From Chloropicon primus (Eukaryota), in the NCBI GenBank assembly GCA_023205875.1, contig CP060773.1, positions 124,001 through 188,000 on the forward strand: a DNA stretch of 64,000 nt, given 5' to 3'. The position numbers and the translations under genes were made by a program. The notes below the pieces were generated by a model. It saw only the letters and a program-made list of their open reading frames with translations, was not told the origin of the DNA and made no database searches. This document shows, one piece after another, positions 11,400-21,310 of the stretch. Within the stretch, counting starts at the first letter, position 1. Every line of letters starts with the position of its first letter.

Positions 11400-11643
11400 C
11401 CGTCCGTCACAATCGTTCAAACACTCACCTCTCTCCTCCTCCGCGATCGCCCTCCACTCGCGTGTTTCTGCCGCGTCAAAATCGAAAAGTCGGCGAAACC
11501 CTAGTTCACATTTGAAGTAAAAGAAATTCAAATATGAAGTAGGAAAAAGTTCACATTTGAACTTCATTTTTTCGACAAAGCAGAAGAGACAGAAGAGCGA
11601 AGGAGAGGAGAGAGGTGAGTGTTTGAACGATTGTGACGGACGG
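11400..11643. repeat. 39-bp perfect inverted repeat flanking a 166-bp spacer (MITE-like or duplicated promoter element)
   Basis: 11400-11438 ccgtccgtcacaatcgttcaaacactcacctctctcctc is the exact reverse complement of 11605-11643. The spacer contains a telo-box-like aaacccta and a duplicated agttcacatttgaa. Confidence 0.85.
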
Positions 11644-11929
11644 GGAAGGGGAGAAAAGGGAGAGAGTGTGGGATCGTCGAAAGCGTCTCGTTTTTCTCTT
11701 TCGAATGAACTATTCATTGGCACGATTACGTGGAGTCTTTGCATCACGAAAGAGGTTTGAAGGTCTCCACCTCAGGGAAGGGGCTTTGCGTTTGACAAGG
11801 GCACGCTCTTGTGGACGGAGTTCGACCGCAAGGACGAGCGAGGCTGGGAGGGAAATCGGTTCAAGCTTGTATCTTGTCTCGCGACCTCTCGATTGACCCC
11901 AACCTTGCCTACCGTAACGCATGAAACTC

Positions 11930-11949
11930 ACAGAGAGACAGACAGAGAC

Positions 11950-12006
<57 letters not shown>

Positions 12007-12035
12007 TTTTGTCCAGAACTCAGAGAGAGAGAGAG
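11930..12035. repeat. (GA)n microsatellite
   Basis: Long GA dinucleotide run. Similar runs occur at ~16080, ~36655 and ~54445. Confidence 0.9.
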
Positions 12036-12392
12036 GTTTGGTGTTAGGTTGGGAAGCGTTACGTTTTTTTTCTTTGTTCCCGCTTCTCGTAACGGATGAG
12101 GAGGAGAAACTCAACTCAAACCCACGCTCCCTTCTCTTGTTTTGTCTTCGTTCTGCAGAGAGAGAGAGGGAGAGAGAGAGGAGGGTGGCTGGCTGGTCTG
12201 GTGACGAGGAGAGGAGAGGAGTGGAGTGGCGCTGAGAGCGTGGTGAGGCCACCGGAGAAAGTCCTCGCCTTGCTTTGCATCACAACCGCCTCAAGAATCC
12301 TTCTGCAGACTTTTTGAGGAACACTGAGAGAGAGAGAAAGAGGAGGAAGAGGAAGGAGAAAAGTCGCTTGCTTGCTTGCTTGCTTGTTGGTC

Positions 12393-12435
<43 letters not shown>

Positions 12436-12497
12436 TCTGCCTAGTGCAGCTTGTGTGCCGAGACGCCAGCATCGGCATTAGCATCGGCACCAGCACC

Positions 12498-13133
12498 ATG
12501 TCATCGGGACAGAAAGCGAGAGGTGGTGGTGGAGGGTTCGACCACCTTTTCAAGATTCTCCTCGTCGGGGACAGCGGCGTGGGCAAGAGCTCTATCCTTA
12601 TGCGGTTTACGACCGAGGACTGTTTCGAGGACATGAGTCCCACGATAGGGGTGGACTTCAAGCTGAAGATGCTCGATTTGGACGGGAAGAGGCTCAAGCT
12701 GACGATATGGGACACTGCTGGTCAAGAGAGGTTCAGGACGCTGACGAGCAGTTACTACAGGGGCGCCCAGGGCATCATATTCGCGTACGACGTGTGCAGG
12801 AAAGAAACGTTCAGGTCCTTGCAGGAGCTGTGGATGAACGAGGTTGACATGTACAGCACAATACCTGACGCCATCAAGATGGTCGTGGGGAACAAGGTGG
12901 ACCTCCAGGACAGGCAGGTGACCAAGGAGGAGGGGAAGAACTTTGCGAGGCAGCACGGGTGCCTATTTATAGAAACGAGCGCCAAGGAGAACATAAAGAT
13001 TGCTCAGTGCTTCGAGGAGCTCGTGAGGAAGATGTTGGAGACGCCGCAACTGGTGGAAGACTACAACTCGGCGAGCAAGGGAATTAACCTGAGACAGGAG
13101 AGGGAGGCGTCAGAGGGAGGAGGGTGCTGCTAG
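12498..13133 (+). CDS. RAB18: Rab18/RabC small GTPase
   Basis: [42 protein letters not shown] and ETSAK motifs; C-terminal CC prenylation signal. Confidence 0.93.
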   Translation: MSSGQKARGGGGGFDHLFKILLVGDSGVGKSSILMRFTTEDCFEDMSPTIGVDFKLKMLDLDGKRLKLTIWDTAGQERFRTLTSSYYRGAQGIIFAYDVCRKETFRSLQELWMNEVDMYSTIPDAIKMVVGNKVDLQDRQVTKEEGKNFARQHGCLFIETSAKENIKIAQCFEELVRKMLETPQLVEDYNSASKGINLRQEREASEGGGCC

Positions 13134-13194
13134 ATTGATGCAGTCTTTGTAATATTCGTCTTACATACAGGACACCGCGCCGGGCGAAGGATGG

Positions 13195-15627
13195 TCACTT
13201 CCGCCGATACCAGCCATCTGCATCCACAGTTGGCGCTCCGGCGTTCTTCACCCCGCCTTGAGAAGAATCAGAAAGCTCGGATTCCGACTCTTCTTGGTAC
13301 TCTGAGTCAGACTCCATATTCGGCTCCTCGTCCGACACTACGTGCACCTCGTCGTCCAACACTTCGTGCGCCTCGTCGCTATTCTCCGCCTTGCCAAATG
13401 TACCCCCCAAGAGATGCTGCACCTTGGAGTTTACACTAGCGGCCATGGAAAGGTTCTGGCGCACGTGGGATATCACCCCTTCTGACTCTGACACTGGCTT
13501 TCCCCCCGCATTTGGACGTTGGGGGGTATTGTGGACAACTCTAACCACACTGTTTGATGCTCTTTGGCGGGAAACTTCGTCGCTCTCGCGATCGTCCTCG
13601 TCGTCGTCCTCCTCCTGCTGATATTCTGAGCCCCCACTGTCACTCGACTTCCCCGTCTCCCCCTCTTTCGACCCGTGGTCCTCGGACAGCTCGTCCTCGC
13701 TCCAGGACCTTATGTTCCCCCTGGACCGCTGAACCCTTGAGCTCATCCTCCGCTCCTCCTGGTTCTTGATGGCATCCTCGATCTGGTAGTCAAAGTCTGC
13801 GTCCATCTCGGCGTAACTGACCGCCTTGGTCTTCCTGCGGCTCCTCCTCGAGCCGTCCTCCGCCAAGTCGTACGTCGTCGCGTACATGGTGTCCATGACA
13901 TTCGTTACCCCGAGCTGGCTCTTCAGTCTCTCCTGCGCCATCTCCAGCTTGTGCATCTGCTCCTTGTGCTCAGAGATTGACCTTGCAACGTCACTGGCCT
14001 CGAATTTGGTCGTGAACTTCTCGCTAAAGAGGTCCTCGGTGGCCCACTTGTCCACGAAATGAAGGAATTCTTCGCCAGAGCTGCAGATCAGCTCGTGCCC
14101 TGAAATCTCTGGAACCTCCGTGACCCGACTTTCCCTCTTTCGCCCTTTCGAGCCTCGAGTAGACCTCTTCGCAGACTCGTCGTTCCCAACGGCCCCAGGA
14201 GGGAGCTCCCTCAGCATGAAACAATGCCCCTGCTCCGGATAAAGGTTCAGGAGCCAATACCGCCTGCCATACAAGTCCTTGGCATACGCCTCGTTCATCC
14301 TCAGGTCATCTACAAACTCCGTCTCTTCCGTCACGAGGACCTTCTTGCCTCCGGCTCCGGGAATGGTGGCCTCGAACGGCATGTCCCATGGGCCCATCTC
14401 CGCGGCCGCTTCCTTCACCTTCTTTGGGAGTAGGTTGTGAAAGACTGCGTTTTCGATTCTCGTGACGATAGCGGCGTGCTTCTCGCAGCACAGCTCGCAC
14501 ACGAACCTCAGAAGCTCCAGTCTCTCCATAGGCTCCATCTCCTCGTACAGAGCAGGCAGGCCCTTCTCCTCCTCGTCCTCCCCGTTGTCCTGGAAGAAGC
14601 AGGAGGGGAACTGCATCTCAGAAACTTCTGCCCAGTGGCTCAACACATCTTTCTGCAAAACTTCCAGCCAATTCATCCTGCAGGGGGGGCTCCGGACCCT
14701 CCAGTGCAGCCCCTTGAGCATCATGATGTGGATGTCCGCGAGGAGATAAGGGTCATGCGCCACTTCAGCCCTGGCGTCCTCGTCTTTGCCTTTGTCGCCC
14801 TCCTCGGCCTTCTCCTCCTTGGTCATGGCTTCTTCCGCCTCTTCCACTTTCTTTCCCTCCTCCGCTTTGACGCCAGAACCCGTCTCCATGTCCTGCTTCC
14901 CCTGCGGATCTTCCCCTGGCTCCGTTTTAACCTTGGCCGGGACCGCACCACCACCGGCGTCGCCCTTCCCAAGGAGAAGAGACTTCACCAGCTGCTCGCT
15001 CGTGAAGAAGACCGAACCAAACACCCTGTCACCGGTTGTCGTTGTTGTTCATCAGTAAGAGCAGGCCCAGGAGTGACAGACGAGGTTAGTAACCGCTCGG
15101 GGCGGATCCAGCAAAAGAAAAAAAAAATCTCCCGGTGGTCCTTACCTTGCATCATCGTAAACGGTGAGATCCTCCTGATTCCAAAACGCTGCCTCTTTCT
15201 CCGCATGCTTCTCCACAAGTTGCATCGCCTTGCCGTACACATCTTTGCCAAACCTGGAGAAAAAATCCAGGACACAAGAAAACTGCCAGGTCTTGGCCAC
15301 CTCGCTGGTACCCAACGAGGGACTCCAATGCCTCGAGTGGAGCTTCCTCGTGTCCTCATCCAATTCCAAATGCTCCTCCTCCTCCTCCTCGTGGTTCTCC
15401 TCCTCAGGATGCTTTGCCTTGGCCGCGGAAGACCTCTTCCCTTTGCCTTTCCTCTTCTTCCCTCGTCGTACTTTCCTTCTCTCGAAAACGTCTTCGTCAT
15501 CCTCATCGATCTGGTACGTCTGAGGGATCGTACGAGAACGGCACGAACGACGTGGACGGACCAAACACGGACCAGGGTTCATTGCGATCGATCCCAACGC
15601 GCCGTCGTTCTCGAACTCTGACCCCAT
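13195..15627 (-). CDS. DDT/WHIM domain chromatin protein (ISWI accessory subunit, DDR4/RSF1-like); intron 15145-15026
   Basis: WQFSCVLDFFSRF plus LADIHIMMLKGL (DDT-like), YEEMEPMERLELLRFVCE (WHIM1-like), AKDLYGRRYWLL (WHIM2/WSD-like) and RRSRRKTKAVSYAE. A GTAAG..ACAG intron joins the ORFs in frame. Start uncertain. Confidence 0.65.
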
Positions 15628-16077
15628 CTGCTTCTCGCTTCCCTGCTGTGATGGTGATGGTGACAACCAGAATCGATCCACGCGATCGAAGCGAATCGAT
15701 GGCGAGGAACGACAGACAGAGACAGAGACAGAGAGAGAGAGAAAGCGCGCGCCAAGGTGAAGACAGAAGACAGATGGTTCGATCGATCACCCGCCCGAGC
15801 CCTTGCCCCCCTTGCCCGCTCCTGGCCTTCTTCTTCGTCGCCGTCTCCTCCACCTGATCGATCGATCGATCGATCGATCGTTTTTTTAGGTTTTTTTTGG
15901 ATCGGGGTTTTCGGTATTTTGGGATCGATGGAGGGGTGATCAGTAACGCACGTAACCGACGGCGGCGCTCGTCGAGGAGTGTCGTGAACGGGCGGAGGGG
16001 GTTTCACGTTAACGCGGTTGGCAATCGTACCCGGTGCTTTCGGTCGCGTCCCTCCCGAAGCGGTAGACAGGAGCTCT

Positions 16078-16112
<35 letters not shown>

Positions 16113-16117
16113 GAAGG

Positions 16118-17149
16118 ATGAAGCTGAGAGATGATGAACTGATGGGTTTTGCTGGGCTGTGGCACAAGACGCAGCCGTTCGTGAACGGGAGCATTGCCGC
16201 GAGTGTGGCTCTCCTCGCTGTCCAGCCCTTTGACGTTGCCAAGATGCGGTACCAGCTGGGGAGCAAGTTAGGGTTTGCCCAACTGGCGAGGAAGATTGTG
16301 AGGGAGGAGGGGGCGAAGGGCCTCTACAAGGGGCTGGATGCGGGCCTGGCGCGGCAGATGACCTACGGCATGACGAGACTGGGCGTCTTCAGGACCCTGT
16401 CTGACTTGGCGAAGAGGAGAAGGCAGGAGAAGAATAGGGTTGGCTCGGACGGCTGCGAAGACGCGGCGGCGGCGGCGCAGTCCGTGCAACTGCCTCTGTG
16501 GGAGAAGGGGGTCTGCGCCCTTGCGGCCGGAGCGATTGGCGCAATTGTCGGCAACCCGGCGGACCTCGCAGTTGTGAGGCTCACTGCCGATGGGGCTCTT
16601 CCGCAGGCGCTTCGCAAGAACTACAAGGGGGTCTTTGATTGCTTGTCCAGGACGGTCAAGAGCGAGGGTGTGGTCGGACTGTGGAGAGGAACAGGAATGA
16701 CAGTGACCAGGTGCATGGCGGTCAACTTGGGCCAGCTCGCGAGTGCCGATCAGGCAAGAGACATATTAGAGAACATGGGGGCGAAGAAGGGGGGATTTGT
16801 CAGCATTCTTGGAGGCTCGGTGGTCGGCGGATTCGTTGGAGCTTTCTTTTCCATGCCGTTTGACTACGTCAAAAGCCAAGTGCAAAGCATGCAAGTTAAC
16901 GCAGTGACTGGCAAGTTCCCGTACAAGGGAGCGATGGACTGCGCCAGGAAAACTCTGGGGAGGCACGGCCCACTTCGATTCTACGCTGGCTTCATGCCCT
17001 ACTTCCTTCGGCAAGCGCCCCACGCCATACTCACGCTTTGCTTACTGGCGGAGCTCACCATCATCGAGGACCACTTGGAGGACGATCTCGAGAGGGAGAT
17101 GCACAAGCCAAAGCTCCACAAGGCAAAGCGCGCGCTGTTCCCCAAGTAG
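16118..17149 (+). CDS. DTC: Mitochondrial dicarboxylate/tricarboxylate (oxoglutarate-malate type) carrier
   Basis: Three carrier signature repeats (PFDVAK, PADLAVVR, PFDYVK); LYKGLDAGLARQMTYGMTRLG; GKFPYKGAMDC. Confidence 0.88.
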   Translation: MKLRDDELMGFAGLWHKTQPFVNGSIAASVALLAVQPFDVAKMRYQLGSKLGFAQLARKIVREEGAKGLYKGLDAGLARQMTYGMTRLGVFRTLSDLAKRRRQEKNRVGSDGCEDAAAAAQSVQLPLWEKGVCALAAGAIGAIVGNPADLAVVRLTADGALPQALRKNYKGVFDCLSRTVKSEGVVGLWRGTGMTVTRCMAVNLGQLASADQARDILENMGAKKGGFVSILGGSVVGGFVGAFFSMPFDYVKSQVQSMQVNAVTGKFPYKGAMDCARKTLGRHGPLRFYAGFMPYFLRQAPHAILTLCLLAELTIIEDHLEDDLEREMHKPKLHKAKRALFPK

Positions 17150-17319
17150 CGACATGGGGGAGGTTGCAGATCGAGATCGTACGTTTCTCGCCCAGCGATC
17201 TTTGGGGGAAGGCGCCGCGCGAAGGAGTCAGACAGCAGCGAATTGCGAGTCAGACAGCAGCGAAATTGACACATGAATTACAAAAGATTAGAATTTCCAA
17301 CACCCCCAACCCCGTGGAT

Positions 17320-20300
17320 TTACCTCCTCCTCCTCTTCGGCGTGGTTTCGTCGTCATCCTCCTTCTCGATCAGTCTGATGAGGGTGTCCACCCTCCTTCC
17401 CAACTCCTGTGGAGTCCTGGACTTGATGAACCAGTCAAAGCGGAAGAGCCAACTGGATCTGATGGCGGCCTTGAGCTCGTCCCAGGCACCGTAGCCAAGC
17501 TTGTGAGTCATGCAAAGCATGAACCTATCCTCGTCCTCGTTGAAGGCCTTGCCCTTCGAGGGGCCGTAGCTGAATTTAAGGTCCCTCCACGGGTTCTGGT
17601 AACTGTTCAGCTTGCCTTCAATAATCTGCACGATCTCTTGCTGCCTCGCAATCCTTTGCTCGCCCTTCTCAATGTTCTTGATGTGCTTCTCAAAGTCCAG
17701 AATTTCAGTGTATCTCGCCCAGAAGGCCTCGCTGTATTCCTTCACCTCCTCAAAGGTCTTTCCTTCGATGTCGTTCGCAATGCTCGCAATGTCCTCCCTG
17801 CCGTGCTTCTCATTGGCCCTGATGAAGTAATTGAACTCCCTCTTGTTCCAGTTGCTGAAGCCCGACTCCAAGAGGCGGTCCTTCTCCTCCACTTCCTCGT
17901 CGGTCAGCGGCTTTGCGGCATCAGGGTCCTGTGCCTCTGCCTTGAACTGCTCTTCCATCTGCTCCATCTGCTCCGGGCTGGCGCCCTGCTGGATGGCAAA
18001 GTTCTTCTTCTGCTCCCGCTGATGCTTGGCCTGCTCGTACCTGCTCTCCTGCTCGAACAGCGTGGTGAGCCTGGCAGTGTCAAAGAACTGGAAGTCGTGC
18101 ATCTGTGGGATCTTGGGAAGCCTTGGTCCCTTGGATCCCTGGCTCCTGCCAACCATCTTGTCCCTGTAGTAATCGTTCTCGTTGTACTTGACCTTCTTCC
18201 TCTCCCTGGTTCCGGGCCCGATCCAGTTGGCAGCCACGTAAGACTTGAGGTCCACCCCTTGAGGAATTCCGTCAAACTCTCCCTTCTCGTCCTCGTAATC
18301 GTAGACCGACATGCCTCCGTCCAGGGTGAACTTGATCGCGCTCTCCGAAAACTTTTGGAGCTTGTTGTTCAGATCCTTTGTCTCTTCCTCACCCTTGCGG
18401 ATGATGGCCTCAACATCCTCGTCGGTGATCGTGGCACCGGTGGCACTGAAGATCTTGTCCGCACCGTTCCTCACCATATCCAAGAGGTCCTCCTTCTTGA
18501 CCGACTTGTTTCCACCGGCATCCTGAAGCCTGCCCTGCTGGATCACGAGGGCATCCAGCTTGAGCTTCTTGTAGGCCTTCTCGATGACCTTCTCCTCGAT
18601 GGAGTTCTCCGAGCAGAAGCGGTAGACGTGGACCTCCTTCTTCTGACCGATACGATGGGCCCTGTCCATAGCCTGGAGATCCACCTGAGGGTTCCAGTCA
18701 GAGTCGTACAAGATCACGATATCGGCCGTGTAAAGGTTGATTCCGAGACCTCCGGCTCTCGTGGACAGCAGGAAGGCGAACTTCTCCGAGTTTGGCGCGT
18801 TGTAAGCGTCGATGCTTTCCTCCCTGTCCTCTCCAGAGGTGTTTCCGTCGATCCTGCAGTACTTGTGCCCCCTGAAGAGCATGTAGTCCTCCAGGATATC
18901 GAGCAGACGGGTCATCTGCGAGAAGATCAGCACGCGGGATCCCTTCTCCTTGAGCCTCGGCAAAAGCTTATCGAGGAGAACCATCTTACCGGCGTTCTCG
19001 ATGAGGTGCATGTCCGTCGTGAAAGGTGGCCCAGGCTCGGCTCCCTGGAACAGGTAAGGGTGGTTGCAGCACTTCCTGAGCTGCATGACGATGTTGAGGA
19101 GCCTGCTCCTCTCTCCAGCTCCGTTGATGGCGTCAATGTCCTTCTGCATCAAGTTCTTGTACCACTTGAGCTGCATCTCCGACATACCGATCTTGAGGAT
19201 GGTCTCCTTCTTGGGCGGCAGGCCCTTCTCAACCTCCGCCTTCACCCTCCTCAGCAAGAAAGGCCTCAGAAGCTTGTGCAGCTGCACGACGGCCTCGTCC
19301 TTCTGGCTCTCGCTGTCGATCTGGAACCACTCGTCGAACTTCTCGGCGGACGCGAACACGTCCGGCAGCAAAAAGTTCAGGAGCGCCCACAACTCGTGCA
19401 AGTTGTTCTGTAGGGGGGTACCCGTGATCAGCAGCCTGTAGTTGGAGTGCAGCATCCTGACCACCCTGCTCAGGAGGGAGTTCTCGTTCTTGATCCTGTG
19501 GGCCTCGTCGATGATGATGTACCTCCAGTGGAACTTCTTGAGGTGGCCCTTCTCCTTGATGACCATCTCGTACGAGGTGACGCAGACGTCGAACTTTCCG
19601 GGGGCGATCTCCTCGTCCTTCTGCCTCTGCCTCTCCTCGGCGTTCCCGTGGAACTTCTTCGCCCTGATGACGGGGCACCACCTCTTGAACTCGTTCATCC
19701 AGTTGTGCAAGGTGGACTTGGGGACGATCACCAGGTGGGGCCCGGTGATGCCCCTGAACTCGTGCAGGTACCCGAGCAGCGAGATCGTCTGCAGGGTCTT
19801 TCCCAGGCCCATCTCGTCGGCCAGGATGCCGTTGATACCGTTGTCGTACAAGTGGATCATCCAGTTCAGGCCCTGGAGCTGGTAGTCCCTCATGGTCCCG
19901 AACTTAATGCAGGACGGCTGAACGGTCAGCCTGTGGGCCTGGTTCAGGGCCTGGTCCCCCTCCATCTCATCCTGCAGGAGCTCCTTGTCCTCCTCCTCCT
20001 CCCTCTTCCTCCCCCTCGCGCCGGCGCCCTCTCCCGCCTTGGCCGCCTTCTTCCCCTTCCCGCCGCTCTCCTCCTTGGTGTTCATGAAATGCTGGAAGAT
20101 ATCCGCCTGCTTCAGCAGGTACCTCATCCTGTCCTTCGTCCTCGCCTTGTCGTCCTTGGCCGCGTCCACGTTCATCTGGTCCCTGTACCTGTCCAGGGCA
20201 GCCTGCCTCTCCTTCTTCAGCCTCCTCAGCCTCTCCTTTTCCTGCTTGGCGATCAACACCTTGGACGGGGACAGGGGCGTCCCCGTCGTGTCGATCGGCT

Positions 20301-20678
20301 CCGCCTCGTCCTCCGTCTCGAAAGACTCCGAGTCATTCGCTGGTGGTGGAAAAACCAAAAAAAAAAAAAGTATTGATAAACGATAAAAATCGTCATCGCC
20401 AAGAACAAGTTGAAGAAGATGAAGAAGAAGGTGATGATGTACAAGAGAGTCAGTGGCGGTGGAGAGGACGAACGATGTTCTTCTTGTTGTTCTTCTTGTT
20501 GTTCTTCTTGTTGTTGTTGTTGTTGTTGACGATGACAAGACAGGACAGGACAGGAGGGATAGAAGGGAAGGGAAGACTCACCTGGGTCGTCGACGTCCTC
20601 GCTTCCTTCCTTCTCCAACACATCGGCTTCCTCCTTGGACAGAGGGTCAGCCGTCTTGCTCTTCTCGTCCACCTCCAT
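17320..20678 (-). CDS. ISWI: ISWI chromatin-remodelling ATPase (CHR11/17-like); intron 20581-20340
   Basis: GILADEMGLGKTLQTI, IIDEAHRIKNE, LLITGTPLQNNLHELW, STRAGGLGINL and QAMDRAHRIGQ motifs; C-terminal HAND-SANT-SLIDE (FRFDWFIKSRTPQELGRR). Alternative ATG at 20693. Confidence 0.96.
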
Positions 20679-20951
20679 GGCAACGCCCACCATGATGATC
20701 ACGCGCTCGCTCGCTCTGCTCTTGGTGATCTATCGAATCTTTTCACGCGCACACGTCACGGAAATGGGTCGATCTTGGTATCGACAGAAAGCTCGCGAAA
20801 CGCGCTACACGATGGTCCTAACCTCACCAACCCTTGCGCTCGGTTTCTCCACCGTTCTCGGCCTCTCGCAGTCGACGCTCCGCACGCCACGATCGGTCTC
20901 GACGATCGAGTCCGTTCTGTACGGATCGCCGTCTCTGATCGTTTTTTTTGG

Positions 20952-20965
20952 ATTTGGCGCCAAAT
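20952..20965. promoter_or_regulatory. Palindromic E2F-type site ATTTGGCGCCAAAT in the ISWI/CAF-1 bidirectional promoter
   Basis: 14-bp perfect palindrome containing TTTGGCGC on both strands. A second TTTGGCGC (minus strand) lies at 21243-21250. Confidence 0.55.
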
Positions 20966-21310
20966 GAACGTCTTCCAGAGAACTCATTCACACCCACACG
21001 ACATTCTCTACTCTTGAAAATTACACCATGAATATTGCCTCTCATAGAAACTTAATCTTTTCTTCGAAATATAACATTTCACTCTTCCTCAAAATGTAAA
21101 TACAACACAAAATCTCCGAACATGACGTTGAATTTGTTGGATTTTTTATAGATAAAGTAATGTCACTTAAGGAACTAAAGTTGGAATTGCTTTGGAAGAG
21201 GTTTCCCTTTTTCCATTATCGTGTTCTGCGGGAGACGATCTCGCGCCAAAACCGGGAGAAGCCGGCGCGATGAAAGCACAGAGAAGCGACACGATCGATC
21301 GCGATCGATC

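Noticed and set aside
17038..19413. Long antisense ORFs (also 1694-3070, 9252-10700, 21428-23263, 54726-57287 and others)
   Set aside because: They are shadows of GC3-biased real genes on the opposite strand, with no recognisable motifs.
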